Sequence record: MK373778.1
Origin: Escherichia phage vB_EcoM_WFbE185
DNA: 64,000 nt
Direction: 5' to 3' (one strand)
This document shows positions 22,828 through 34,099 of the stretch, piece after piece. Positions within the stretch are counted from its first letter, which is position 1; each line of letters begins with the position of its first letter. The position numbers and the translations under genes were made by a program. The notes beneath the pieces are model-generated. The model ran no database searches. It had not been told where the DNA came from and saw only the letters and a list, made by a program, of their open reading frames with translations.

Positions 22828-23996
22828 AAGTATTCCAACGTCCAGGATATCCTAACTTAAGCGTTAAATTATACCAAGATTATTCGGCTTGGCAAGAAAA
22901 TAGATACGTTGAACTCGCGGCAACAATAACAACTTTAACCATGCGAGATTCGCTATATGGAAGAAATGAAGGGATTCTTCAATTTTATGACACTAAAAAC
23001 ATCCACACTAAAATGGACGGTAGACAGATAGTTCAAATCTCTGTTTCAAATTCAAACACACCTCTCCAAGTTAGAACTCGAATTTATGGATGCAAACATT
23101 ATTCTGTGTCTGTGGACTCAAAAGGTGACAATATTATTGCAATTGAGCTTGGAACAATACATTCTATAGAGAACCTTAAATTTGGGCGACCATTCTTCCC
23201 AGACGCAGGCGAATCTATACGTGAAATGTTAGGTGTCATATACAAAGACCGTGCGTTAATTACTCCGCCAATAAACACTATTAATGCTTATGTTCCTGAT
23301 ATCCCTTGGACAAGCACATTTGATGATTATTTGGCATATGTCAGAGAATTAGGACTTGCTACAGCGAGTGATAAGTTCGTATTCGTATGGCAAGATATTT
23401 TAGGCGTAAACATGATTGACTACGATACTCTTATTGGTCAGGAAGGCATTAAGATGATTGTAGGCGAGCCAAATACTGTAGGTCAGTATATTCAAGAGCT
23501 TGAGTATCCATTAGTATGGGATTTTACCTGGATGACTAAAGCTAACCAGTTTACAAGAGACCCTATTAAAAACGCCACGATATTCGCCCATTCATTTTTA
23601 GATACATCTATTCCGGTTATTGTTACAGGCGATGGTGATAATGCTATTGTTGTGTCAAGATCCGGTGGATATTCCGAAATGACCTATCGTAATGGATTTG
23701 AAGAAGCAAGTCGTCTTCAGACAATGGCTCAATATGACGGATATGCTAAATGCACTACTACAGGCAATTTTAACATAACTCCTGCTACTAAAATTATATT
23801 TGTTGACCAAAAGAACCAATTCAAATCCGAATTTTACGTCGATGAAGTTATTCATGAGTTATCAAATAACAACTCACAAACTCATCTGTACATGTTTACC
23901 AACTCAATGGTGTTAGAACCTGTTAACCCAGTTAAGGTTAAAAATGAACTTAAATCTGATTCTACCTCTAAAGAAAATAATTCTACCACAGTCTAA
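22824..23996 (+). CDS. 27: baseplate hub protein gp27
   Basis: 390 aa; synteny and length. Confidence 0.9.
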   Translation: MKVFQRPGYPNLSVKLYQDYSAWQENRYVELAATITTLTMRDSLYGRNEGILQFYDTKNIHTKMDGRQIVQISVSNSNTPLQVRTRIYGCKHYSVSVDSKGDNIIAIELGTIHSIENLKFGRPFFPDAGESIREMLGVIYKDRALITPPINTINAYVPDIPWTSTFDDYLAYVRELGLATASDKFVFVWQDILGVNMIDYDTLIGQEGIKMIVGEPNTVGQYIQELEYPLVWDFTWMTKANQFTRDPIKNATIFAHSFLDTSIPVIVTGDGDNAIVVSRSGGYSEMTYRNGFEEASRLQTMAQYDGYAKCTTTGNFNITPATKIIFVDQKNQFKSEFYVDEVIHELSNNNSQTHLYMFTNSMVLEPVNPVKVKNELKSDSTSKENNSTTV

Positions 23997-24477
23997 TAAA
24001 AAGGTAATGATTCCTAAATTAGGGCTCAAACATTATAATCTTTTAAAGGACGTTAAAGGTCCTGATGAAAACATGAAAATCTTAGCTGATTCTATTTGTA
24101 AAAATATGAGCCCAGCAGATTTTGATTTTGCATGTCTACACATATTGGAATTTAATAACAAACTTAAGTCTGAAGTTGAAAAAGACGGATTCACATATAA
24201 ACTAGATGACGTCTATGTATGCCAACGAACAGAATTCCAATTCCAAGGCAATACCTTTTATTTTAGACCTCCAGGCAAATTTGAACAATTCGCTACAATC
24301 AGTGAAATGCTATCAAATTGCTTAATAAAAGTTAATGACGAAGAGAAAGAAATTTCTTTCCTTGAGATGCCTGCTTTTGTAATCAAATGGGCAGAAGACC
24401 TTTCGACAACTATTGCTATTCCAGGCCCTAATGGCCCTATTAAGGGTATAGCAGAAATTATTGGATTGCTTGAATGA
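23944..24477 (+). CDS. 28: baseplate hub distal subunit gp28
   Basis: 177 aa; overlaps 27 and 29 as in T4. Confidence 0.8.
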   Translation: MNLNLILPLKKIILPQSNKKVMIPKLGLKHYNLLKDVKGPDENMKILADSICKNMSPADFDFACLHILEFNNKLKSEVEKDGFTYKLDDVYVCQRTEFQFQGNTFYFRPPGKFEQFATISEMLSNCLIKVNDEEKEISFLEMPAFVIKWAEDLSTTIAIPGPNGPIKGIAEIIGLLE

Positions 24478-26246
24478 AACCTGAAGAAATGAAATCCATG
24501 CGTAGAAATAAGGTCATTGCCGATAATAAACCACAAAAAGTAGCTGCAACAGCAGCTACCGATTCATTAGAAGCATTGAATGACATTTCATCAAAACTAG
24601 ACGATGTCCAAGCCGCGTCTGAACTCACATCACAAAGTGTAGAAGATAAAGGCAATGGAATTATTGAATCAATTGGAGACTTAAAGAATTCGACAGATAA
24701 TACTGCTGAAGGCACAGAGCTTATCGCAGAAGTTATTGAAAAACAAACTGAAGTCACTAAAAGTATAAACGAAGTTTCTAGTGCAATAAGCTCTAAGTTA
24801 GACCGATTAGCTACATTATTAGAGCAAAAATTACAAACATCTACCGCTATTCAAAATACAGGAGGCACCTCTCTTGAAGTAATTGAGAACGCAATACCTG
24901 TTAAAGTGGTTGAGAATGAAACTTCTGACGAGTTGTTTAAAGCATTACCTACACCTGAAAAGATTGATAATAAGCCAGACGAAGATTTCTTCCCGGCCCC
25001 GGTTCAAGAAAGTGCTAATTCTACTTCCGATTCTAAAGGCGGAATTAGCTTTAAATTGAGTGATAAAATTGCAATGCTCACCAAAACAGTTCAAACCGGG
25101 TTTAATAAATCAATATCAATTTCAGACAGAATTGCTGGAATGCTTTTCAAATACACTATAACGGCTGCTATTGAAGCAGCAAAAATGGCCGCACTTATTC
25201 TTGGTATTGTTATCGGTATTGATTTATTGATAGTCCATTTCAAATATTGGACAGACAAGTTCACTTCTGCCTGGGATTTATTTGATGAAAACTTTACTAA
25301 ATTCTCCGATGAAGCTAAAGAGTGGGGTAAATTCTTAAGTGATATATTCACTTCTATTGACTCGATAAAACAAATGTGGGAAGCTGGAGACTGGGGTGGT
25401 TTAACCGTTGCTATTGTCAAAGGTGTAGGAACAGCATTAATGAACTTAGGTGAACTAATTCAATTAGGAATGGCTAAACTCTCCGCGTCTATATTGCGTG
25501 CTATAGGTTTTGGCGATACCGCGGACGAAATAGAAGGACGTGCTTTAGAAGGATTCCAAGAAACTACTGGGAACAAATTAAAGAAAGAAGACCAAGAGAA
25601 AGTCGCTAAATATCAAATGAAACGTGACGATGGGGAATTAGGAACCGTTTCTAAAGGTCTTGATATGTTACAACGCGGCAAAACATTCGTTACTAACTGG
25701 GTTCGTGGTAATGACAATAAAGAAGAGTTTAGTACAAGTGATGAGCGCGCTGCGGAATCAGCAAAATTAAAAGAGTTACCTGAAGAGGAACGTAAAGAGG
25801 CGTACATAAAAGCGAATGAAACTCGTGCCGCACTGGTTAGATTTGAGGATTATATCGATAAAATCGATATGACTAATCCAGAAAATGCTAAAAACGTCGA
25901 GAAGTCTTATGCTGATTTAAGTAAACTTATTAAAGACCCTGAACTTAATAAAACTCCTGTTGTTAAAAAGGAAATAGATGCTAGATTTGAAAAGCTAAAT
26001 AATAAAATGGCTGAAGCCAAAAAGGCTCAGACTACAGTTAAGCCTGAATCTTCGTCTAAATCTCCGGAAGCAAAACAAGTTCAGTCAATAGAGAAAGGAC
26101 GTGCTTCTGAATCTAAACAACAGCAACCGGTAGCGGCGATTAGTAACACAAATAATGTCGTCAAAAAGAATACCGTAGTCCAGAATATGACCCCTGTAAC
26201 AAGTACAACGGCTCCTGGAATTTTCCATGCCACCGGTGTTAATTAA
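24474..26246 (+). CDS. 29: baseplate hub / tail length determinator gp29
   Basis: 590 aa; synteny and length. Confidence 0.9.
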   Translation: MKPEEMKSMRRNKVIADNKPQKVAATAATDSLEALNDISSKLDDVQAASELTSQSVEDKGNGIIESIGDLKNSTDNTAEGTELIAEVIEKQTEVTKSINEVSSAISSKLDRLATLLEQKLQTSTAIQNTGGTSLEVIENAIPVKVVENETSDELFKALPTPEKIDNKPDEDFFPAPVQESANSTSDSKGGISFKLSDKIAMLTKTVQTGFNKSISISDRIAGMLFKYTITAAIEAAKMAALILGIVIGIDLLIVHFKYWTDKFTSAWDLFDENFTKFSDEAKEWGKFLSDIFTSIDSIKQMWEAGDWGGLTVAIVKGVGTALMNLGELIQLGMAKLSASILRAIGFGDTADEIEGRALEGFQETTGNKLKKEDQEKVAKYQMKRDDGELGTVSKGLDMLQRGKTFVTNWVRGNDNKEEFSTSDERAAESAKLKELPEEERKEAYIKANETRAALVRFEDYIDKIDMTNPENAKNVEKSYADLSKLIKDPELNKTPVVKKEIDARFEKLNNKMAEAKKAQTTVKPESSSKSPEAKQVQSIEKGRASESKQQQPVAAISNTNNVVKKNTVVQNMTPVTSTTAPGIFHATGVN

Positions 26247-26254
26247 GGATTATT

Positions 26255-27364
26255 ATGATTAGTGTAAAAGAAATAGTAGTAGATGCAAAGGATTTAAATA
26301 AAGCAATCCCAGTCTCAGAAAGTGCTGGGCAAAGCACTAAAACCGAAACAACTACTAAAACTTATGTTGCTCAATTTCCTACAGGAAGAGCAGCCGGAAA
26401 TGACTCCACAGGAGACTTCCAGGTAACAGACCTTTATAAGAATGGATTATTATTTACCGCGTACAATATGTCTGCACGCGATTCAGGATCCCTCAGGAAT
26501 TTACGTCCGGCATATGCCGGTACTTCATCTAATGGTATCATATCAGATTTAACCGATAATGTGAAAGATGCAGTGACTAAATTCTCTAATGGATTGCTTC
26601 CTGCCGGGGCTAATAAATCTACTATAAATAAAACTCCTGTTGCTAATATACTTTTGCCACGTTCCAAATCTGATGTCGATACAACTTCGCATCGTTTTAA
26701 TGATATCGGTGATAGCCTTATTACTAAAGGTGGAGGTACTGCTACGGGTGTTTTAAGTAACATTGCTTCTACTGCAGTCTTTGGTGCATTAGATTCTATT
26801 ACTCAAGGGCTTATGGCTGATAATAACGAACAGATTTATACGACTTCTCGTAGTATGTACGGTGGTGCTGAGAACCGTACCAAAGTCTTTACATGGGATT
26901 TAACTCCGCGTTCAACTGAAGACCTTATGGCTATTATAAACATTTACCAGTATTTTAACTATTTCTCATATGGTGAGACCGGTAAATCACAGTACGCCCA
27001 AGAGATTAAAAGTTATTTAGACGAATGGTACCGTTCAACGTTTATTGAGCCTATGACGCCAGATGATGCAGTAAAAAATAAGACATTGTTTGAAAAGATT
27101 ACTGCGTCATTAACAAATGTATTAGTTGTAAGCAACCCTACAATTTGGATGGTTAAAAACTTTGGTTATACGTCTAAATTTGATGGATTAACTGACGTAT
27201 TTGGTCCATGCCAAATTCAAAGCGTACGTTTTGATAAAACTCCAAATGGACAATTTAATGGTCTTGCTGTTGCTCCTAACTTACCATCAACATTTACGTT
27301 AGAGATAACAATGCGAGAAATTATTACATTAAACCGTTCTTCACTTTATGCGGGGACTTTCTAA
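26255..27364 (+). CDS. 48: baseplate tail tube cap gp48
   Basis: 369 aa; synteny. Confidence 0.9.
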   Translation: MISVKEIVVDAKDLNKAIPVSESAGQSTKTETTTKTYVAQFPTGRAAGNDSTGDFQVTDLYKNGLLFTAYNMSARDSGSLRNLRPAYAGTSSNGIISDLTDNVKDAVTKFSNGLLPAGANKSTINKTPVANILLPRSKSDVDTTSHRFNDIGDSLITKGGGTATGVLSNIASTAVFGALDSITQGLMADNNEQIYTTSRSMYGGAENRTKVFTWDLTPRSTEDLMAIINIYQYFNYFSYGETGKSQYAQEIKSYLDEWYRSTFIEPMTPDDAVKNKTLFEKITASLTNVLVVSNPTIWMVKNFGYTSKFDGLTDVFGPCQIQSVRFDKTPNGQFNGLAVAPNLPSTFTLEITMREIITLNRSSLYAGTF

Positions 27365-28326
27365 TGTACTCTTTAGAAGAATTTAATAACCAAGCTATAA
27401 ATGCAGATTTCCAACGAAACAATATGTTTAGTTGTGTATTTGCTACTACACCATCAACCAAATCGTCTTCACTAATTTCGTCAATTGGTAGTTTTGCTTA
27501 TAATAACTTAGGGTTGGATTCAGATTGGCTAGGATTGTCTCAAGGTGATATCAATCAGGGCGTAACAACCCTGATTACAGCAGGAACACAGAAATTAATT
27601 CGAAAATCAGGTATAAGTAAATATCTGATTGGAGCAATGAGTCAACGTACGGTACAAAGCTTGTTAGGTGAGTTCACAGTAGGAACTTATCTGATAGACT
27701 TCTTCAATATGGCATATAATAATACAGGTTTAATGATTTATTCTGTAAAAATGCCTGAGAACCGATTATCTTATGAAACGGACTTCAACTATAACTCCCC
27801 GAACATCCGAATTACCGGTCGTGAAATGGACCCGTTAGTAATAAGCTTTAGAATGGATTCCGAAGCATCTAACTTTAGAGCAATGCAAGACTGGGTAAAC
27901 TCAGTCCAAGACCCTGTAACAGGTCTTCGTGCTTTACCACAAGACGTCGAAGCAGATATTCAGGTTAATTTACACGCACGAAATGGTTTACCACATACCG
28001 CTGTCATGTTCACAGGATGTATTCCTGTTAGTGTCTCTTCTCCTGAGTTAACGTATGATGGTGATAATCAGATAACAGTTTTTGATGTAACATTTGCTTA
28101 TCGCGTTATGCAATCAGGTGCTGTAAATAGACAGGCTGCTTTAGAATGGCTGGAATCAGGACTTATTAGTAGTGTTTCAGGAATGTTTGGAAATAATCAG
28201 AATGATTCTGGGCTAGGAAGTGCAGTATCAAGACTTTCTAGATTAGGTGGGACTGCTGGTGGCGTGTCTAATATAAACACACTGACAGGTGTGGTGAATT
28301 CTGCGTCAAGAGTTTTAGGACTATAA
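27364..28326 (+). CDS. 54: baseplate tail tube initiator gp54
   Basis: 320 aa; synteny and length. Confidence 0.9.
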   Translation: MYSLEEFNNQAINADFQRNNMFSCVFATTPSTKSSSLISSIGSFAYNNLGLDSDWLGLSQGDINQGVTTLITAGTQKLIRKSGISKYLIGAMSQRTVQSLLGEFTVGTYLIDFFNMAYNNTGLMIYSVKMPENRLSYETDFNYNSPNIRITGREMDPLVISFRMDSEASNFRAMQDWVNSVQDPVTGLRALPQDVEADIQVNLHARNGLPHTAVMFTGCIPVSVSSPELTYDGDNQITVFDVTFAYRVMQSGAVNRQAALEWLESGLISSVSGMFGNNQNDSGLGSAVSRLSRLGGTAGGVSNINTLTGVVNSASRVLGL

Positions 28327-28332
28327 GAAAAA

Positions 28333-28349
28333 GGGAGACAACGTCTCCC
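28333..28349. terminator. bidirectional terminator between gene 54 and the alt-downstream ORF
   Basis: GGGAGAC-AAC-GTCTCCC flanked by A-run and T-run, between convergent genes. Confidence 0.65.
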
Positions 28350-28358
28350 TTTAGGGGT

Positions 28359-28652
28359 TTATTTACGGAATGAAAGGAATGCTGGTGCTCGGAATGGAGT
28401 ATCATCTTTAGAGTATTTAACTAATACGACCATTGGTACCTCTGTTTCTAAATGACCTGTCACTACACCGATAAAAATTTGATCAGTGTGCTCAGGGTCA
28501 CGAAAGTTTTTAAGAGGTTCCATAGCAATATGGAATGCACCTGGGAATACTCGATTCAATTCGTCAATCACAGCTTCGTTAAAAACATCATCCGCTGGGA
28601 TAGCATCTTCAACTACTAGTTCTTGACCATTAAAGCGAAGCATAGATTTCAT
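28359..28652 (-). CDS. hypothetical protein downstream of alt
   Basis: 97 aa from the internal ATG at 28652, which has SD GAGGAA and lies downstream of an early promoter; the longer track ORF would start inside that promoter. Confidence 0.5.
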   Translation of the reverse strand: MKSMLRFNGQELVVEDAIPADDVFNEAVIDELNRVFPGAFHIAMEPLKNFRDPEHTDQIFIGVVTGHLETEVPMVVLVKYSKDDTPFRAPAFLSFRK

Positions 28653-28681
28653 AACGTTTTCCTCATGTTGTTGATGGGATG

Positions 28682-28711
28682 ATAGTATCACACATCCATG
28701 TGTTTGTAAAC
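28682..28711 (-). promoter_or_regulatory. T4-type early promoter
   Basis: Minus strand GTTTAC-N18-TACTAT; the -35 overlaps the alt stop codon. Confidence 0.55.
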
Positions 28712-30798
28712 TATCCTTGGATAAATTTAAACGGAACTGATTCTAAATCCATTAAAGATGCTAACAATTTCAAACCTTTAGGTGCACTAGTTTTTTCTAC
28801 AAATGAGGCAAAAGATACCGGCTCATCTGATTCGATTTCACCCGTCATAGCAACTACCTCGCCTGTTTCCATGAGAACATCACCATCGTAAATGACAGCT
28901 TCGTCCAACTGGTCCGAGGACATGACTTCAGCTTGAATAAATTTAAGGTTGGATTCTAAACCTGCACCAGTGTCAGATGACGCATCTGTAATTTTATTTA
29001 TCTGCAAGAGAATGCCTCTAGGCAAAATAATTTCTTGCTCATTAGGGTGATTACTCAACTGACCCGGATAAATCACGTTAACTTTATGGGCGCCATCAAT
29101 AGCCCATCCAACGTTAACACGGATTTGTTCTGGTGCATGCATAGCTGTTCTTACTTGACTAGGAGAAATAGTAACACCTTCGTCGTTATTGTCAATGTTA
29201 AGCTCTTTGCGAACTTCTTCAGGAGCAAGTCCAAGGGCAACGTTCTCTTTAAACCCACCGAAAATAATAGGAGCTAGTGAAGTGGAAACATAGTTTCTGA
29301 AATAGAATACCTTATTTTTAACCATTGCTTCGTAAATAGGCATTCTGATAGACTGAGCTCTATATAACGTTAGTCCTTCAGGTAAACGGTCTCCATTTAA
29401 AAACGCCGAATCAAGACCATCAATAGCGCGTTTAACTTCATCTTCATCCGCAACATCGTAAAAATCTGGTTTATAACGACCTAACAACATATTATTGATA
29501 TCTGTATATGCAGAAGAGGCATATTCACGAATAGCTCGTTTTTCAGAAACAGAGTATTGTTTAGGGTCCCGATTCATTGTTATATTAAAGGTGCCTCTAG
29601 CCGATTCTCGGGCATAAGTATACATCACATTAGACAAGAACGCTGATTTACGTTGTTTCCAAGTTCTTTCAGATACTTCAGCTAAAACGTCGTCAGGCAG
29701 TTGGAAATTATCACGTCTAAAATCTTCAAACCATTCGTCTTTAATAGAGTCTGCAATTTCATTTGCAGCTTCAACAAAAGCAGCTAATGCTTTAACAGAT
29801 GTTGTTTTTTCGGTTTTAATTTTCTTAGCAAACTTTTCTAAAGTCGGCTTAATAACACCACCATAAGAAACTTCATCAGCAAATTTAAAGGATTCATCAA
29901 TACGATTATAAATCTTATTTTCGATATCAGCAACTAAAGTGCCTTTTGCTGTGGACGACGCTTGGGCTAGTACTATTTCATATGCTTCAGGAAGTAATTC
30001 GGCTGTAGCTGGGCCACTAACTTCTTTAGCAGAATTTTCATATTTCTGGAATAACTCACCTTCTTGTCGGTCCGCTTCTAAAGATTGACTTGCTGCAATA
30101 GCACGACGAGAAATTTTAGTACGAGCAATAACAGGCTTATCTTTACGTTTTTCTTCTACAGCAGCAATAGAACCAGCGATAGCCGTTTCTTTGGTGACCT
30201 TTTCGCCGGTCTTTTTACTAACATAAACTTCGCCAACATCAGAATCTACTTTCGTGTACAACTCTGTGTTAATGTTAGGGATGCCTTTAATATCTTCAAT
30301 GTTGGCATTTTTACGAACCATCATCACATAGGTGTGTTTACCTGTGAATTGATACATTGCCGACAATACTTTAAAACGACCACCGGTTTTAGTAGAAACT
30401 AAACGAGCAAGAAGAGTTTGAAGCTGTTGTCCACGTCCTTTCAATTTCTTGGTAGGGAATCGGAACAGAACTGCATCCATACGAAGAGCTTTAACTTGTT
30501 CATATACTGTATTGAAAATGGTGTTGATTGCATCAATAGGAGCAGGACCAAGGCCATTTTTCAATTCAGCGAGATTACCCTTTTCAGACAGACTCATAAT
30601 AACAACATGAGCGTATTTATCGCCGAGTTTAACTTGTTTTACAGCATCGCCTTCGGAAAGGTAAGAGAATAAACGAACTACAATATTTGTATCGATATCA
30701 CCAATTTTCCAGACTTGTGGAACTTTAGCTTTAGGGTTCAAATTGACGACAGGAAGACTGCCTTCAGATTCAAACACTTCATTTAATTGTTCAGACAT
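28711..30798 (-). CDS. alt: Alt ADP-ribosyltransferase (virion-packaged)
   Basis: 695 aa; ART R-S-E signature (LYRAQS, YVSTSL, EQEII); position upstream of gene 30. Confidence 0.85.
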   Translation of the reverse strand: MSEQLNEVFESEGSLPVVNLNPKAKVPQVWKIGDIDTNIVVRLFSYLSEGDAVKQVKLGDKYAHVVIMSLSEKGNLAELKNGLGPAPIDAINTIFNTVYEQVKALRMDAVLFRFPTKKLKGRGQQLQTLLARLVSTKTGGRFKVLSAMYQFTGKHTYVMMVRKNANIEDIKGIPNINTELYTKVDSDVGEVYVSKKTGEKVTKETAIAGSIAAVEEKRKDKPVIARTKISRRAIAASQSLEADRQEGELFQKYENSAKEVSGPATAELLPEAYEIVLAQASSTAKGTLVADIENKIYNRIDESFKFADEVSYGGVIKPTLEKFAKKIKTEKTTSVKALAAFVEAANEIADSIKDEWFEDFRRDNFQLPDDVLAEVSERTWKQRKSAFLSNVMYTYARESARGTFNITMNRDPKQYSVSEKRAIREYASSAYTDINNMLLGRYKPDFYDVADEDEVKRAIDGLDSAFLNGDRLPEGLTLYRAQSIRMPIYEAMVKNKVFYFRNYVSTSLAPIIFGGFKENVALGLAPEEVRKELNIDNNDEGVTISPSQVRTAMHAPEQIRVNVGWAIDGAHKVNVIYPGQLSNHPNEQEIILPRGILLQINKITDASSDTGAGLESNLKFIQAEVMSSDQLDEAVIYDGDVLMETGEVVAMTGEIESDEPVSFASFVEKTSAPKGLKLLASLMDLESVPFKFIQG

Positions 30799-30839
30799 AG
30801 TGTTTTCCTTTTAGTAATAATTTATATTTATGCCAAAAA

Positions 30840-30853
30840 GAGCCCGAAGGCTC
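30840..30853 (-). terminator. terminator upstream of alt
   Basis: GAGCC-CGAA-GGCTC, then UUUUGG on the minus transcript. Confidence 0.55.
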
Positions 30854-31042
30854 TTAATCCACAATCGGAAGCAAAGTACGATAAACTTCAAAATTAGAGC
30901 CTTTTTCGTACTTATCGAAATTGTCCATAAAAATATGATAGGAATCGTTATTAGGAAAATCTAATATAATCTGAGAGCAAGAGGTGGAAACATCTCCACC
31001 ATCCTTCTTAGCTACAATAACTGTTTCTAAATAAGCTTTCAT
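30854..31042 (-). CDS. hypothetical protein
   Basis: 62 aa from ATG at 31042, overlapping the gene 30 stop (TAATG); terminator hairpin directly after its stop. Confidence 0.4.
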   Translation of the reverse strand: MKAYLETVIVAKKDGGDVSTSCSQIILDFPNNDSYHIFMDNFDKYEKGSNFEVYRTLLPIVD

Positions 31043-32535
31043 TATAAACCTGTCTGGGACCACGGTCCAAATACGTCTTCAAACGAATCCGCTTCTGTTT
31101 TATCAAAACGGAACCCTTTAATAATTGGAAGGAAAATACCTACAGTACCTTCACGGCCTTTAGAATGAACCCAACCATTACATTCACAATCAGCGATACG
31201 TCCAATTAATTTACCTTCACGAGCTTCGGTCATTAATCGTTCACGGTCTAAATCATGACGCTCGTCTAAAGGAATAAGAACCTTTACACCGTCAACTGTT
31301 TTATGAGTTGTATCTTTAAAACCTGAACCACAATCGGTTGTAATACGACGACAACGTGATACGAGTTCGACACCACCTAATTTGTTAGGGTCTTTAGAGT
31401 GTTCATAGTATCCTACAACTTCTAAAGCGATATCAATAACTTCTTTAAATTTAATTAGGTTCTTAGAGCGTTTGTTTTCCCAATATGAATCACGGTTTTT
31501 AAGAATAATACCTTCAAGACCTTGGTCAACATATTTTTTATAAACCACTTTAGCTTCGTCAAGATTACGAACTAACTGATTTTCAATTGGCTCAATTCGC
31601 TTAAAGCCTTCAGCCATATTTTCAAGAGCAGCAAAACGAACATCGTATTTCTGACCTTTAATTTTGCCATCAGAATAGACTTCATCTAAAGGAACATAGT
31701 CCCAGGCTTGAAGAACAATACCTTCAGCTTCTTTAGGAGAAATAGTCCCTTGAAGAGATTTATTTGCTAAACCGTTTGAAGTGCTACGGTCCGCAACTTG
31801 TACTTCTTCGGATTCTTCATTATCACCAAATAAGAACGACAGGTCATTTCCTGAGCTCACAGCCTTTTTAATATCAAATGAATGGTAAACTAATTCACCG
31901 TCGATTAAAACCCCATTAGGGTGTCTTTCACGAGCTTCTTTAGTCATTTCCATTAGTTCATCCGCTAATAGAGTAAGACCATGATATTCGTTGCCGGCAC
32001 GAGAAAAGAATTGAACACCATCATCGCGAACTTCAGCGAAACAACGAGCACCATCGGCTTTTAATTGAGCAAATGCAGGCCATTTAATATTTTTAGTAAT
32101 CAATTTCTCATCATATGCAGATGCTAACATCTGTGGTTGCAATTGAATAAGTCCAGGCCACACCTTATTCGCGATAGACACTGAAGCACCTACTTCAAGG
32201 TCGCGCATCATTACACGACGAAGGACTTCTACATCATCAGGTTTACCGTCAGCGATATAACCCATGAGCTCTTTAATTGCAGCATTACCAGTGAGTTTAC
32301 GAGTGGCTAATGTGAACTCAATAAAATCCAACATGTCATCTAATTCAAGAAGACCATACGCTTGAGACCTTTCACCTGGTCCTGGCCATTTCTTAATATA
32401 ATACTGGATACCACGTGCATATGTTAAACGATACACACGTTCAAGTAATTTGTTGTCCTTATTTTTCTTAAGGATTTCCTGTTTTGTTTTAGTAGAACCG
32501 ATCGCAGCTATTTGGTTTAAAATATCTAAAATCAT
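31042..32535 (-). CDS. 30: ATP-dependent DNA ligase gp30
   Basis: 497 aa; adenylation motif KADGAR; MILDILNQIAAIGSTK... matches recalled T4 ligase. Confidence 0.95.
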   Translation of the reverse strand: MILDILNQIAAIGSTKTKQEILKKNKDNKLLERVYRLTYARGIQYYIKKWPGPGERSQAYGLLELDDMLDFIEFTLATRKLTGNAAIKELMGYIADGKPDDVEVLRRVMMRDLEVGASVSIANKVWPGLIQLQPQMLASAYDEKLITKNIKWPAFAQLKADGARCFAEVRDDGVQFFSRAGNEYHGLTLLADELMEMTKEARERHPNGVLIDGELVYHSFDIKKAVSSGNDLSFLFGDNEESEEVQVADRSTSNGLANKSLQGTISPKEAEGIVLQAWDYVPLDEVYSDGKIKGQKYDVRFAALENMAEGFKRIEPIENQLVRNLDEAKVVYKKYVDQGLEGIILKNRDSYWENKRSKNLIKFKEVIDIALEVVGYYEHSKDPNKLGGVELVSRCRRITTDCGSGFKDTTHKTVDGVKVLIPLDERHDLDRERLMTEAREGKLIGRIADCECNGWVHSKGREGTVGIFLPIIKGFRFDKTEADSFEDVFGPWSQTGL

Positions 32536-32801
32536 TTGATGTCCTCGATTTTGGTTACGGTTCTATTATAAGCCACTTCATCTAGAAGCGATTTCAGCGT
32601 TTTCTGATAAGTTGTAATCCATTTACCGAGTCCTTCAACATAGTATTCTGAAATGTAGATGAACCCTTGTTCAACACACTCTTTAAATATTTCTGTGTCT
32701 TTTACTGAACGAAACAATGGCCAGTCTCGAAAGAACATGTTAACGTGACCGTAGTCACGTGTGGTATTTTTGCCATCTGTAATATCATGAACTACAAACA
32801 T
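32532..32801 (-). CDS. hypothetical protein (T4 30.1 position)
   Basis: 89-aa ORF; synteny. Confidence 0.45.
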   Translation of the reverse strand: MFVVHDITDGKNTTRDYGHVNMFFRDWPLFRSVKDTEIFKECVEQGFIYISEYYVEGLGKWITTYQKTLKSLLDEVAYNRTVTKIEDIK

Positions 32802-32810
32802 AATTAACCC

Positions 32811-33635
32811 TTAACAATTTATAGACCAAGTCCATTTAGACGAATCTAAAGGAAAGTTTTGAATCGTCCACCACGGCTGCATATCAGTTGGTCCTGGGGT
32901 TCGCCAGGTATATGGAGTACGTGTTGTCGAGGGGCCACCAATTTGATTAGGCCATGCACCTGGACTTGTTGCACCAGATTCTTTAAGCAAATCCGCCAAT
33001 CGTTTTAAAAGGTCTTCACGATCTGAATCTGAATTATTCTTAGGCAGAACCAAACGAGATTCAATATCATCCCACGTGTGTACACGTTGTGCAGTACGAG
33101 GAATGGCATCACGTTCACCACGAGCCAACCAATAAATCGGTACATTAAGAATTTCTGCCGCATGGTCACAGTGATGAGCTAAATCGTCAACGTAACAAAT
33201 CACGTTATATTTTGTTTTAGCTAGTTCGAATAATTGTTCCTTTGAAGAATCATGACCACACATCATTACTTCAGAGAAAGCGCCTGGGAACAAAGCATTC
33301 AAATTAAATTGTCTATTCAATCGAGCATCAATTGAATCACCTAGCGCCGTCACGGCTACAAAATTATAGTCTTCTTTTAGTTTATTGATAACTCGAAGAG
33401 CATCAGAATAAGGCGCTAAGTAACGAATAAAATCAGAGCTATTATATTTTTCTATTAATTGTTTACCAAGGTTATCGTCGGTATTGAACAGTTTACCAGG
33501 AGAAATAAATTTTTCGTCCTGAATCATTTTTAAAATATGTTCTAATGGAAGGTTATATTTTTGGGCAAAATAAGGAAGTCCAGATTGCCAGCTTAAACAT
33601 ACACCATCAATATCAGTCAAAATAGTAGGCTTCAT
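32811..33635 (-). CDS. HAD-superfamily-like hydrolase (T4 30.2 position)
   Basis: 274 aa; N-terminal DIDGV (HAD motif I DxDG[T/V]) and later YVDD (motif IV-like). Confidence 0.5.
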   Translation of the reverse strand: MKPTILTDIDGVCLSWQSGLPYFAQKYNLPLEHILKMIQDEKFISPGKLFNTDDNLGKQLIEKYNSSDFIRYLAPYSDALRVINKLKEDYNFVAVTALGDSIDARLNRQFNLNALFPGAFSEVMMCGHDSSKEQLFELAKTKYNVICYVDDLAHHCDHAAEILNVPIYWLARGERDAIPRTAQRVHTWDDIESRLVLPKNNSDSDREDLLKRLADLLKESGATSPGAWPNQIGGPSTTRTPYTWRTPGPTDMQPWWTIQNFPLDSSKWTWSINC

Positions 33636-34099
33636 AAAGAGTCTCTTAGTAGGTTTAACACGTCAATAAATTCATCTTCAGTTAGTATTGTATCATCTTT
33701 TGTTAGGTGGCTGGCCATGCTGTGCTTCAAAATTTTTCCTTTAGAGGCTTGTAAGGCATCACGAAACCCCTTGTTTTGGATCGCGGCTTCAAAATATGCA
33801 TTTGTGTATAATTCTTTCCACGCTTCGGAGTATCTTGAAAATGGAACTCCTAACCAGAAGAGAGTCCCACGGTCCTGAGCTCTTGCGTAAGACCTTCCAG
33901 CTTGCTGTGCAGCCAATCCAGACAACCCAAATATACGTCTTTGTTGTTCAACATTTTTCACCTTACATCCTTGGAGAAATCCTTCAAGACCTCCGAATTG
34001 AATACCATCCATAACAAAAGGCCATTGAGCAAAGTTACTTAATGCACATGACGGCCATTTGAAATTACTTCTTATTTCTAATTCAGACATCTTTAACAC
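33632..34099 (-). CDS. YbiA/DUF1768-like protein (T4 30.3 position)
   Basis: 155 aa; SNF-x-WPF and FRDAL-type motifs typical of the YbiA family, as recalled. Confidence 0.5.
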   Translation of the reverse strand: MLKMSELEIRSNFKWPSCALSNFAQWPFVMDGIQFGGLEGFLQGCKVKNVEQQRRIFGLSGLAAQQAGRSYARAQDRGTLFWLGVPFSRYSEAWKELYTNAYFEAAIQNKGFRDALQASKGKILKHSMASHLTKDDTILTEDEFIDVLNLLRDSL

